This document shows positions 1-13,600 of a stretch of 64,000 bases of DNA, piece after piece; position 1 is the first letter of the stretch; each line of letters opens with the position of its first letter. Under the pieces are notes generated by a model. The model did no database searches, was not told where the DNA came from, and was given only the letters and a program-made list of their open reading frames with translations. This DNA is from Ranitomeya imitator (Eukaryota). The DNA lies in contig NC_091289.1 of NCBI RefSeq assembly GCF_032444005.1, positions 121,024,001 to 121,088,000 on the forward strand, read 5' to 3'. Made by a program: the position numbers and the translations under genes.

Positions 1-662
1 TATTTAAAATTATTTTAATGAAATAAAAACAATGGTTGTTGGAGTATTTTATTCTACGCCCAATCCAGTCACTGAAGACCCTCGTTCTGTAAGTAAAAAA
101 ACATAATAAACCAACAATATACTTACCCTCCGCAGATCTGTTACGTCCAACGATGTAAATCCTTCTGAAGGGGTTAAAACATTTTGCAGCAAGGAGTTCC
201 GCTAATGCAGGCTGCTCCTTGCTGCAAAACCCCGGGGAATGAGGCTAAATATAGATCAATGATCTATATTTAGCTTCATTTGCGGTGAGGCGCCCTCTGC
301 TGGCTGTTCCTAGATCGTGGGAACTTTCCTTGAAAGCTCCCAGGCTTTCTAGGAAAGTTCCCACGATCTATGAACATCCAGCAGAGGGCGCCTCACCGGA
401 CTTTTCAGCGTATTACGGCCGTAATATACGGACCGTATTTTCATACGCTGAGTGTGAAGCCGGCCTGAAGCAGCAAACTACTGTATGTGAAAAACAAAAT
501 TTGTGTTAGTCCCAAAACGTCTGGTCATGACTCTATAGGATGAATAGAGAAGGTAAAAATGACATTTAGGAATGAACGCTGTGGTACAGAATAATATAAT
601 AACACACAGGCAATCAGTGAAATCTACATTTTCATCTTTTATGTGATATGAGATGAAATCAC

Positions 663-923
663 CTGTAAAGATATAGTCAGTGGCGTTGATTCTGTTGCTA
701 CAACTTGGCCCAAATGTTTCCACCATAACTGCATATTGCTGACCACATTTTAAGCCGTAGACTGCACAGCTGGCATCTGAAGTGTTGCATATAGTCCTCG
801 CTCCATCCTCAGTGCTGAGCGCAGCTGTGAATGTGAGTCCTCCCGCGGCTGCCTCCCAGGTGACGTCTGCATAGTCGCTGCCACATTGGTACAGCGCATG
901 GATGTTTCCTACTGCACAGGGGG
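663..923 (-). CDS. FN3 exon 14 (261 nt): APCAVGNIHALYQCGSDYADVTW...LKCGQQYAVMVETFGPSCSNRINATDYIFT
   Basis: gttttag|CCCCCTGT acceptor and ACAG|gtgatt donor. Confidence 0.92.
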
Positions 924-3900
924 CTAAAACAATATGGAACAATTAGTTACACACTTAAAAAGCACTCCTAGCAAAGATTGCATTCCCTCATCCTTTAATA
1001 ATATATATGTAGTGCAGTGTGGATGTGTTTATATAATGGTCTGATCCTCTTATGAACCACGTGACTGCAATTCATCTTAGTTGGTTTACAAAATATATGT
1101 CCTTTGTGCTCCAAAAGTCACTTTCTCAATCTAGGTCTGATAGACTCACTTTGGGGCTCTCAAAGACAGACATTGAGAAAGAGACCTCCAATCCATATCA
1201 AAGAAGCTTTGTGAGTCGGCTGGTCTGATTTGATGTTACGTTGTTCAGAAGAGGATCGGAACGTCACTGGAAATAGAGAGGATATTGATCATTAAGTATT
1301 AAATGCATTCACACTTCACTACATACGTATCGATAAGGGAATAACAATTTATTTGTGAGTTCTTCTTTAAATTCCTATTTCTTTTGGACAAATAGCACCT
1401 TGTGGTTTTTGGGGAATTCGTACAAAATACGGTATATGCTTTAACAAATATATTCAGGGGCGTAGTTATAGGGAGTGCAGAGGAATCAATTGCACCCAAG
1501 GACCTCTCTGTCACGTAAAAAAAGACACTAGTGTTTAGTCTATAAACTTCTTACAACATGTCCCTGAATTTCCAAGCAATAAATTTTGTTTGTTTTTTTC
1601 GGAAAAGGAGAAATGGTTCAAATAAAAAAAAACCCAGTGCTTTCAGACCTCAACTAATGCAACGAAAACAAGTTCATAATCATTTAGAAACAACAATACT
1701 AAATGTTTTAATTCAGGAAGAGTTCAAACTTCACATAGATATATATATAACTTATATTGGTATCTGTTTTACTGCAATAGCAAAATATTGAAATTAAGAC
1801 GTTACCAGCCTTTTCAGAAATTAAAGGGACTCTGTCACCTGAATTTGGCGGGACTGGTTTTGGGTCATATGGGCGGAGTTTTCAGGTGTTTGATTTACCC
1901 TTTCCTTACCCGCTGGCTGCATGCTGGCTGAAATATTGGATTGAAGTTCATTCTCTGTCCTCCATAGTACACACCTGCACAAAGCAATCTTGCCTTGTGC
2001 AGGCGTGTACTATGGAGGACAGAGAATGAACTTCAATCCAATATTGCAGCCAGCATGCAGCCAGCAGGTAAGGAAAGGGTGAATCAAACACCTGAAATCT
2101 CCGCCCATATGACCCAAAACCAGTCCCGCCAAATTCAGGTGACAGGTTCCCTTTAAGGAATGATAAGTGACTCTCTCAGGTCCGGCTTGGTGGAGACCAT
2201 AGAAAAAGCTACGCTCAATGTGGACCAGCTAAAATTCACTGGACCAAAAGATCCAAAGGGAAAAAAAAATCCTCACTGACCCCAGACATGACAATCAGAT
2301 ATTTTCTTAGATCCCGCCTTTCCTGCGGTGTATATATACAGCTCTAGCAAAAATTAAGAGACCACTGCAAAATGTTCAGTTTGTCTGATTTTTCTCTTTA
2401 AAGGTATATTTTTGAGTAAAATGTAAATTGTTCTTTTATTCTATAAACTTCTGAAATCACGTCTCCGACTTTCCAAGCAATACATTTTCTGGGTTTTTTT
2501 CCACCAGTCTTTCACATTGCTTCTGGCACAAAAATGTAAGCAGTTCTTCTTTGTTTGATGGCTTGTGACTATCCATCATCCTCTTGATTACATTCCAGAG
2601 GTTTTCAATGGGGTTCAGGTCTGGAGATTGGGCTGCCCATGACAGGGTTTTGATGTGGGTGTCTCTTAATTTTTGCCAGAGCTGTATATGTGTATATATA
2701 TGTACATATACCGTATATACTCGAGTATAAGGGGAGAATTTCAGCCCATTTTTTTAAGCTGAAATTGCCCCTCTCGGCTTATTCTCGAGTCATTCCCAGG
2801 GGTCGGCAGGAGAGGGGGAGCGGCTGCTGTCTAATAATACTCACCTGCTCCTGGCGCGGTACCTGCACGTCCCTAGTTCTCTGGGCGCCAGCAGCTTCTT
2901 CCTGTAGTGAGCGGTCACATGGTACCGCTCATTACAGTAATGAATATGGACCCCACTGCACTCCAATAGGGGTGGAGCCGCATATTCATTACTGTAATGA
3001 GCGATACCATGTGACCGCTCAATACAGGAAGAAGCTGCTGGCGCCGGAGAACCAGGGACTGCAGGGGAGTATAACGCATTGCACGTGATATTCACCTGAT
3101 CCCCGTTCCACCGACAGCCGCCGCTGCGACTTCCCCGTCCTCTGCAGTGACGCTCAGGTCAGAGGGCGCGATGATGTGATTAGTGCGTGCCGCCCTCTGC
3201 TTGAGCGTCAGTGAATAGGACGCGGAAGACACAGCGGCGGCCGTCGGTGGAACACGGACCAGTGAATATAGCAAGTGCCGGGGGCCTGAGAGGTGAGTAT
3301 GTCACTTTTTATTTATTTATTTTTCTTAATCACAGAAACAGGATATGGGTTAAATGTCTGTATGGAGCATCTTATGGGGCCATGTGCAGCATTATATGGG
3401 GCAAATATCTGTGTGGGGCCATGTGCAGCATTATATGGGGCAAATATCTGCGTGGGGCCATGTGCAGCATTATGTGGGGCAAATATTTGCATGGGGCCAT
3501 GTGCAGAATTATGTGGGGCAAATATCTGCATGGGGCCATGTGCAGCATTATAAGGGGCAAATATTTGTATGGGGCCATGTGCAGAATTATGTGGGGCAAA
3601 TATTTGTATGGGGCCATGTGCAGAATTATGTGGGGCAAATATCTCTATGGGGCCATGTGCAGCATTATATGGGGCAAATATTTGTATGGGGCCATGTGCA
3701 GAATTATGTGGGGCAAATATCTCTATGGGGCCATGTGCAGTATTATATGGGGCAAATATTTGTATGGGGCCATGTGCAGAATTATGTGGGGCAAATATCT
3801 CTATGGGGCCATGTGCAGCATTATATGGGGCAAATATCTCTATGGGGCCATGTGCAGCATTATATGGGGCAAATATCTCTATGGAGCATCTTATGGGGCC

Positions 3901-4581
3901 ATAATCAGCATTTTTGGAGCATTATACGGGGCAAATGTGTCAATGGAGCAGCTTATGGGGCCATAATCAACATTTGTGCAGCATTATATGGGGCATATTT
4001 TAATATGGAGCATCTTATGATGCCCATCATGAACTGTATGGAGCATTATATGGGGCTCCTGATTCAATATGGATATTCAAAAACACTTAACCTACTGAAT
4101 TCTCAATTAATTTTACTTTTATTGGTATCTATTTTTATTTTTGAAATTTACCAGTAGCTGCTGCATTTTCCACCCTAGGCTTATACGAGTCACAAAGTGA
4201 AAAAGCAAACAGAAAAAATAAACAGTCCATATAGTACAGCGGGTCCACCCGCTCAGGTCAGTGTCTTTAGCGCACCCACACTGAAGGTCTCCACACCTCC
4301 AGCCACAGACACTGAATGAGACATTTGGCCTCCATTGTATTATCCAAACCACTCCACTGGGGTTAGGATATGTGAGAGGTCATTTCCACCCAACTCTTAT
4401 GACCTCTCGTAAAACCCAGCCCTGGATTGGCCAAATAACTCGCTCAGCACTAATGTGCAGGAGCATACTTCCGAACTCACATCACCGCAGCTAATAGCCA
4501 CGATGACACATATCTCCATTCAATGACTCGTCCGGCAGCCATCTTACACTCTAATATACAGCATATATATGCACAAATGTG

Positions 4582-4612
<31 letters not shown>

Positions 4613-7600
4613 ATAGATAGGGGTTATTTTACAAATTTTATGTTGTGGCACTGGTGTCGCAATTCTGAATATATTTCATGGATGGATAGATTCATGCAAG
4701 TGGTAAAACAAAAATATAAAGTAAGATAACAGGAACTGAAAAAACAACATTTTAATTGTATTATGTCCTATATATATATAGCTGTATACTCTGGTTTTTT
4801 TATCTCAAATAATCCTTGACAGTACGCTGGCGTTTTTTTATTACTTGTATGCATAAAATAGCAAGTTCCTTCTAAAGGAAAAGCCCCTGAACAATGGTCA
4901 GGTCACTTCAAAGACGATCAGTAGACTGAACATGTGAACAGTAAGTTATTATTATATTGCTGTGCATATATTTACTCTTTTTAACATTTATTAATTGCTT
5001 TTTCAGGTGGGTTATGGAGCATACCCACTTGAAAAAGATGCTGTGTGCACATTCCATTAAAGGGATTTTCCGTTTTCAGAAAACCCTTGACTTCAAAACA
5101 AATGTTCACTAGTGGACATGACTTTTCTAAAATGGAAAATCCCTTTAATGCAAGAGACAAGACAAAATGTTTTTTTTACATATGAATCTAATAGAAAATG
5201 TTCCACAATATGTAGTGTTAAGATTAGAGATGAGTGAATTTGTACCCTATTTGTGCTGAATTTATGTTTGAAGATCAGGTCCGAACATATTCAGTCATTT
5301 CTACTCCCATTGACTCCAATATTGCAAATTCAATATTCACGGCCGATCGTAAACCAAACTGAATTTTCAAAATGTCAGCCAACTCTAGTTAAGGCGGTTT
5401 CACACGTCAGTGGCTCCGGTACGTGTGGTGACAGTTTCCTCACGTACCGGAGACACTGACACACGTAGACACATTAAAATCAATGTGTCTCTGCACATGT
5501 CAGTGATTTTTCGCGGACCATGTGTCCGTGTGCAAAACACGGAGACATGTCAGTGTTCGTGGGAGCGCACGGATCACACGGACCCATTAGAGTCAATGGG
5601 TCCGTGTAAACATGTACCGCACACGGATGCTGTCCAAGCGCCATCCATGTGCTGTCTGTGTGCGTTTTTCCTGTCATTGGGTTAAAATTGTAAAAGTTGT
5701 TGCAATACACGGACACACGGACAGCACACGGACAGCACACGGACCCTAAAAACGTACTCACGGACATCACTCGGATGGCCTACGTGAGCACACACACGGA
5801 CACACAGACACGGATAACTCCGGTACCATTTTCTCCGGTACCGGAATTATCTGGACGTGTGAGACTGGCCTTAGATGCTATTCTCCCCTAAAAGCACTGC
5901 AGCTATAGATGCACCAAAAAAGCACCATATGGAGTAACACAGTGCTTATAGCTTCCATTCATCAAGCCATACAAACTCTGGGAACACAGCTCATCACGCA
6001 CATGAATCAGGATTTTTGATCATTTTAGGTAACCAGGTCTGATATGAGGTGAAAACACAAGTGCATCTGTGGCTATACCCATCCTTTGCTGTTCATGTGC
6101 ACAATTCAGACTTAGAAGTAAAGCATTTGTAGAAAAACAATAATATTTCAATTTGGAAATGGAATTATAATATAAGTCTCCATTCTGAGTGCAAACCTGT
6201 ATAAAAAGGTACAGATCCACTGAAATCACTTGTACAAGTGTTTCCCACTGCCGCGACGGAGGCCTCCAACCTTAGACCACAGGAGAGTTGCGTGAAGCTG
6301 CAGGACGTGTTGCTGGACTGGCAATGGTACTGCTCTCCCTGAGGTCCAGTGGCGACTGTAGTGTAATTCACTGCTCCAACCGTCTCAGCCCAGGACACAG
6401 TTACTACATTGGACCCACAATTTATATCAGCTTGAACATGACCTGGAACACAGGGAACTGAAAGACAGAAAGTCTATTATTACAGGTTACTATGCAACAA
6501 TTCTATCTACATTGGACGTAAAATACTTCATTAGATACATCAGTTTACTACATTTGTCACCCCCTTCCCTTTGATTTTAGAAGCCAGTCAATCTAATGTG
6601 CCTTCGAAGAGCACTATTTGCAATTCCATGTTACAAGCATGTATTAGGCACAAATTCCAAGGAAGAGTACTAATGGTTAATGATAATGTCCCACTGACGG
6701 AATTATTGCCATTATAAATAGGGCCCTTCTTCTACTCCAATTAGTATTAGTATTTATTATTAATACTATATCTGTAAGGGAAGGCATGCCAGGAGATTGA
6801 TCATTTTTTTACCGCAGTCGCACAACTTTGCCCCAAAGCCAGTTTTTACCTTTCTGACGAGGCCAGTTTTCAATTCTCACCAGTCAATTTAGGCTACTAT
6901 CACACTTCCGTCGGTACGGGGCCGTCGCCATGCGTCGGCCTGACGTACCGACGGACGTTGTGAAATAAATGAACAACGGGGGCAGCGGATGCAGTTTTTC
7001 AACGCATCTGCTGCCCCATTGTAATGTCCGGGGAGGAGGGGGCGGAGTTTCGGCCGCACATGCGCGGTCGAAAATGGCGGACGCGACGCACAAAAAAAGT
7101 TACATGGAACGTTTTTTTTGTGCCGACGGTTCGCCAAAACATGACGCATCTGTCGCACGACGGATGCGACGTGTGTCCATACGTCGCAATGCGTCGCTAA
7201 TGCAAGTCTATGGAGAAAAAGCGCATCCTGCGGGCAACTTTGCAGGATGCATTTTTTCTCCAAAACGACGCATTGTGACGGACGTCACACGACGCAAGTG
7301 TGAAAGTAGCCTCATGTGGTTATAACTCTGCAATGCTTCAATGGATCTCAGTGATTCTGAGAATCTTTTTTCATTACATATTGTACTTCATGGTAACGAC
7401 AAATTTAGGATGATATTCTTTGTGTTTATTTGTGAAAATAATGGAAATTTGGTGAAAATTTAGAAAATATTGCAATTTTCAAAATGTTATTTTTATGCCC
7501 TTAAACCAAAGAGTTATGTCACACAAAATAGTTAATAAATAACATTTACCACATGCCTACTTTAAATCAGCATCATTTTTGAAGCATCATTTTTTTTATT

Positions 7601-10600
7601 AGGAAGTTAGAAGGGTTAACATTTTATCAGCAATTTCTAATTTTTCAACCAAAATTTGCAAAATCATTTTGTTAGGGACCACATCACATTTGAAGTGACT
7701 TTGAGGGGCTATGTAACAGAAACTACGCCATTATAAAAACGGCACTCTTACAACTGCTCAAAACCTTATTGAATTTCATTAACCCTTCAGTCTCTACACA
7801 GGAATTAAAGCAATCTAGAGTGGAAAAATGAAAATTTTACTTCTTCCCATAAAATGTTATTTTAGCCCCAAATTTAGCATTTTCACAAGGGTAACAGGAG
7901 AAAATAGACCCCAAACTTTGTTGTACAATTTCTCCTAAGTACGCCGATATCCCATGTATAGTGGAAAACTACTGCTTGGGTGCTTGGAAGAGAAAGAGCA
8001 TCAATTGACTTTTGGAACTCAAAATTGGAAAGGAATTGATAGCAGATGCCATGTCACGTGTTGGGAGCTCCTGATGTGCGTAAACATTGAAAAGTGACCT
8101 CATTTTGAAAACTAGACCGCTCAATGAATTTGCCTAAATGTGTGTTGAGCACCTTGATCCCCCAAGTGCTTCACGGAATTTTATAATGTTGACACATGAA
8201 AATAAAAAAAATAAAATTTTTCACACAAAATGTTATTTTAGCCCCAATTTTTTATTTTCACAAGGGTAACAGGAGAAAATGGACAGTACGATTTGTTCTA
8301 CAATTTCTCCTGAGTATTCCGATAGCCCGTAAGTGGTGGAAAACTGATGTTTGGACGCACAGCAAGGTTCGGAAGGGAATGTAATTGATAGCAGTCACCA
8401 TGTGGTGGGAAACTACTGATTTGACAGGCTGATGAGATTCAAAAGGAAGGAGTGACATTTTTGAGAGCACGCTTTGATGGAATGGTGCCATTTTGCTTTT
8501 GGAGAAATCCTAAACAGGTGCCTAAACAGTGGAAAACCATTAGAAGTTACCTCATTTTGGAAACTACACCCCTTAAGGAATTTATCTAGATGCATGGTGA
8601 GCACCTTAAACCCACAAGTGCTTAACAGAATTTTACAATTCTGAACTGTGAAAATGAAAAAAAAACAAATTTTCCAACAAAAATGTTGCTTTAGCCCCAA
8701 TTTTTTTAATTTTCAAAAAGGTAGCAAGAGAATATGGACTCAAAACTTTGTTGTGAGATTTCTCCTGAGTACGCTGATACCCCATATGTGGTTTGAAAAA
8801 TACTGTTTGGACACACTGCCGAGCTCCAAAAGGAAGGAATGAAGTTTTAGAGCACAGACTTTGATGGAATGGTCTGCGGGAGGGTGGGGGGGGGGGGGAT
8901 GAGCCCCTCATGTGCCTAAACAGTGGAAATCTCCCACAAGCTGACGTTTTTAGTTATACCATTTGGGTGCAGATACGTTCTTTTGATTGCCTATTATTGC
9001 ATTTTAATGCAATGTTGCGGTGACCAAAAAAATGTAATTCTGGTGTTTCGATTTTTTTTCTCGCTATGCCGTTTAGCGATCAGGTTAATATTTTTTTTAT
9101 TGATAGATCGGGGGATTCTGCACGCGGCGATACCAAATATGTGTATGTTTGATTTTATTTTTATTGTTTTATTTTGAATGGGGCGAAAGGGGGGGGGATT
9201 TAATCTTTTATATATTTTTTATTTTTTTCATATTTTTTAAAATATTTTTTTTACTTTTGCCATGCTTCAATAGCCTCCATGGGAGACTAGAAGCTGGTAC
9301 AACTCGATCGGCTCAGCTATATAGGAGCGATGCATAGATCACTCCTATGTAGCTGAATTCCTGCATTGCTATGAGCACCGACCACAGGGTGGCGCTCATT
9401 GCAATCCGGCATCAATAACCATAGAGGTCTCAAGGAGACCTCTTGTTGTTATGCAGATGCATCCTGACCCCCGATCATGTGACGGGGTCAGCAATGCGCT
9501 CATTTCCGGCCCGATGGCCTGAAGCGGTAGTTAAATGCCTCTGTCAGCATTTGACAGAGGCATTTAACTAGTTAATAGTTTTGGGTGAATTTCGATTCCA
9601 CCCGCCGCTCTTGCGGGCACATGTCAGCTGTTCAAAACAGCTGACGTGTCCCGGCTTTGATGCAAGCTCACCGTCAGGCTCCGCTCCGTCTTCCAGAGGG
9701 CATGATGACGTGTTTAGTGTTCATGCCACCCTCTGCCTGAACAGTCAGTGCAGAAGACGTGGAAGACACAGCGGCGACCGACGGTGGAACGGGGACAGGT
9801 GAATATCGCAAGTGATGGGGGCCTGAGCAATGAGAGGTGAGTATGTCATTTTTTTTTTAAATAGCAGTAACACCATATGGGGCATATAACTCTATGGAGC
9901 ATCTTATGGGGCCATAATCAACCTTTATGCCGCATTATATGGAGCAAATGTTTCTATGGGGCATCTTATGGGGCCATTATTATCCTTTGCGCAGCATTAT
10001 ATGGGGCATATTTTAATATGGAGCATCTTTTGGGGCCTATCATAAACTTTATGGAGCACTATATGGGGCGTATTTTGTATGGAGCATCTTATGGGGCCCA
10101 TCATGAACTGCAGGGTAATCAATACAGGGGAGGACAAGTTTATATTACAGGATGATTTATGTAAACTAGAAGCTTGGGCTGATAAATGGCAAATGAGCTT
10201 TAATGGGGATAAATGTAAGGTCATGCACTTGGGTAGAAGTAATAAGATGTATAACTATGTGCTTAATTCTAAAACTCTGGGCAAAACCGTCAATGAAAAA
10301 GACCTGGGAGTATGGGTGGATGACAAACTCATATTCAGTGGCCTGTGTCAGGCAGCTGCTACAAAGGCAAATAAAATAATGGGATGCATTAAAAGAGGCA
10401 TAGATGCCAGATACTGTGAACAGTTCTGGTCTCCGGTGTATAAGAAAGACATAGCTGAACTAGAGCGGGTGCAGAGAAGAGCGACCAAGGTTATTAGAGG
10501 ACTGGGGGGTCTGCAATACCAAGATAGGTTATTACACTTGGGGCTATTTAGTTTGGAAAAATGAAGGCTAAGGGGTGATCTTATGTTAAGGGGGACAGTA

Positions 10601-13600
10601 CAAAGACCTTTCTGATGATCTTTATAATCATAGACCTGAGACAGGGATAAGGGGGCATCCTCTACGTCTGGAGGAAAGAAGGTTTAAGCATAATAACAGG
10701 CGCGGATTCTTTACTGTAAGAGCAGTGAGACTATGGAACTCTCTGCCATATGATGTTGTAATGAGTGATTCGTTACTTAAATTTAAGAGGGAACTGGATA
10801 CATTTCTGGAAAAGTATAATGTTAAAGGGTATATCCACTAGATTCCTTGATAGGGTGTTTATCCAGGGAACTAGTCTGATTGCCGTATGTGGAGTCAGGA
10901 TGGAATTTTTTTCCCCAATGTGGAGCTTACTCTTTGCCACATGGTTTTTTTTGCCTTCCTCTGGATCAACATGTTAGGGCATGTTAGGTTAGTCTGTGGG
11001 TAGAACTAGATGGACTTAAAGTCTTCCTTCAACCTTAATAACTATGTAACTATTACATGGGGCTTCTGATTCAATATGGATATTCAAAAACACTTAACCT
11101 ACTGATGTCTCAATTAATTTTACTTTTATTGGTATCTATTTTTACTTTTGAAATTTACCGGTAGCTGCTGCATTTTCCACCCTAGGCTTATACTCGAGTC
11201 ATTAAGTTTTCCCAGTTTTTTGTGGCAAAATTAGAGGTCTCGGCTGATACTCGAGTATATACGGTATATACATGATTGCAGGTATGCACTGCGTATGTCC
11301 ACATTAAAAAAAACTTTTAAGGAAAGCCATGTGGAAATCTTTTGTTTTTATATTTTCCTGAAAGAAACTCGTGAGAGAATATTACCTAACGAGGATGATT
11401 TTTTAGCAATGAATCTGGGGTTACTATTTTTAAAAAAATTCTGAGATTCTACTGTCCTGATTGAGAATCGGTATTTTTTTTTACAATGGCTGTAACTTCC
11501 TGATATTGTGGGCTATACTGTGTTGCAAAAGTAATAAATATCTGGATTTTCCTGTTATTTCAGTGTGTATTGCGGTCTACTAGTGAATGTTCTCCATCAA
11601 CAGGGTGGGCCATTTATATGGATACACCTAAATAAAATGGGAATGGTTGGTAATATCAACTTCCTGTTTGTGGCACTTTTGTATGTGGGAGGGGAAAACT
11701 GTTCAAGATGGGTGGTGACCATGGCGGCCATTTTGAAGTTGGCAATTTTGGATCCAACTTTATAAATGGCCCACCCAGGTGTATCCATATAAATGGCCCA
11801 CCCTGTATATCATTCACTATTGCATTTGCTCTGTGTTCAAAACCCAATCAGAGTATCCTCTATTTTTTAATCTAGTAAGTACATTTTTGACTCCACACTA
11901 TAGCTACCATTTTCTCATCAATTCCTTTTCGTTCTTATAAGCTCTCCCACAGCAATATTTTTAACACATGGGATGGATGGTATAAATGAGCTTCTAGTAT
12001 GGCGATGTTATGAGTAGGCTTCCTATATGGGTATATTACAATAGTATCTTCCCCCAAATGACCTGTTAATGTTATATCTAAATTATTTATATTTTTACGG
12101 TCCAAAAAGTGGATAAATAAAGATTGAAAGTATTATTATTCATGTAAGAAATAAAGATATCCGCTTCTAACCCTGTGCCCTACCAAATAATTATTTGATC
12201 GTCTACATAACGACCATAAAATTAGATCACATGATGAAATTGATTTTTTTCACTGAAAATAAATATTTCTTCACAGACAGCCACCACTACATTTGCTAGA
12301 GGGTGAGAACTTTCCCCCAATGCGTACTCCTCATTTTTATTACAAAAAAATTGGCGCAAGTGAAGTAATTTATGAGTCAATAAGAAAGTGACTACTAAAA
12401 TGAAAAAGCTTTTTTTTATTTCTTTTGTGAATATGTACTTTATTTGCTTTGGAACTATGTTAGACTAGTATGTGGAACCTCATGCGGTATGGACGGGTGT
12501 ATGCTGACCACATCACAGCTCAGCCATTTCTAGGAGGGGAGCCAAAAATATTTTTGCAGTGTAGAAGTCAGCGCTTTAGTAAATAAACGTAAAGTTTTAT
12601 ACCCATCCCATTGCTCATTGGTGGAGAACATCTTTTTTTCTGCACTTGGGTCTGGACTATAGTGCCTCCGTGCAGTGGTAATCATGCAGGCAAGGTGCAC
12701 CTAAAAACGGTGACTCTATTTTCCTCCCTTCCCTATTCATAATAAATGGTAAATTTTGTCCTTTCGCATTCCCCTCTTGGAGCAAACGCTGCCCTTTGTG
12801 TGTTCTCTCCTTCCTCAGAGTTTGAGGAACCTTACCAGGAAAATGTTGACCTTGTACAATATGGGCACCATCAGTTTCAGAAGTACGTAACGGGAGGGGG
12901 AGCTGGAACAGGGATTTGGGAACTGCATCTGCTGCTGTGATCACAGATTGGTCACACAGCGGCCAGCTCTAGATCACAGGAGATCACAGGAGGGGGTCTA
13001 CAACCGCTCTGCATGCCAGATCTAAGGAAAAGGAAGCGCGGTGACTGGGACTAGCAGAACCGCACATGTATGGCGGATATCGTGAAAGGGTTAAAAGAAA
13101 TCTATCAGCAGCTTTTTGCTATATAACCAGAGATTACCCTGATCAAGGGAAAGGGAGCCTGATTCCAGTGATGTGTGTCATGATCCCAATGGCAGGGGAT
13201 CACAAAAGGACAAGCACAAAAAACAAAACAAGCTCTAGGGTGATGGAAACTGAGCTGACCGCGATCCTGAACCTCAACACACAACTAGCTGTAGCCGGGG
13301 AACGTGCCTACGATGATTCTAGACGTCTCGCGCCAGCCGAAGAACTAACTTTCCCTATTAGAAGAAACACAGACCTCTCTTGCCTCCAGAGAAACACCCC
13401 ACAGAAATAGCAGCCCCCCACATGTAATGATGGTGAAATGAGAGGAAAGCACATACGTAGTTATGAAAACAGATTCAGCAAAATGAGGCCCGCTAAAGCT
13501 AGATAGCAGAGGATACAAAAGTGAACTGCGCGTTCAGCGAAAAACCCTACAAAAAACCATCCTGAAATTACTTGAACTCATGTTCCAACTCATGGAACAT

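Noticed and set aside
3211-4157. Long ORFs with 13-aa periodicity (GAMCSIIWGKYLY etc.), or a CRISPR-like array
   Set aside because: These are a 39-bp minisatellite read in several frames. Units are contiguous with no unique spacers, the DNA is eukaryotic, and the array lies inside a TIR element.
12657-12944. ORFs on both strands as a missed FN3 exon in the 13-kb intron 12/13
   Set aside because: No Trp/Tyr/Cys FN3 pattern. I found no additional FN3 exon in the large introns, although a manual scan could miss a divergent one.
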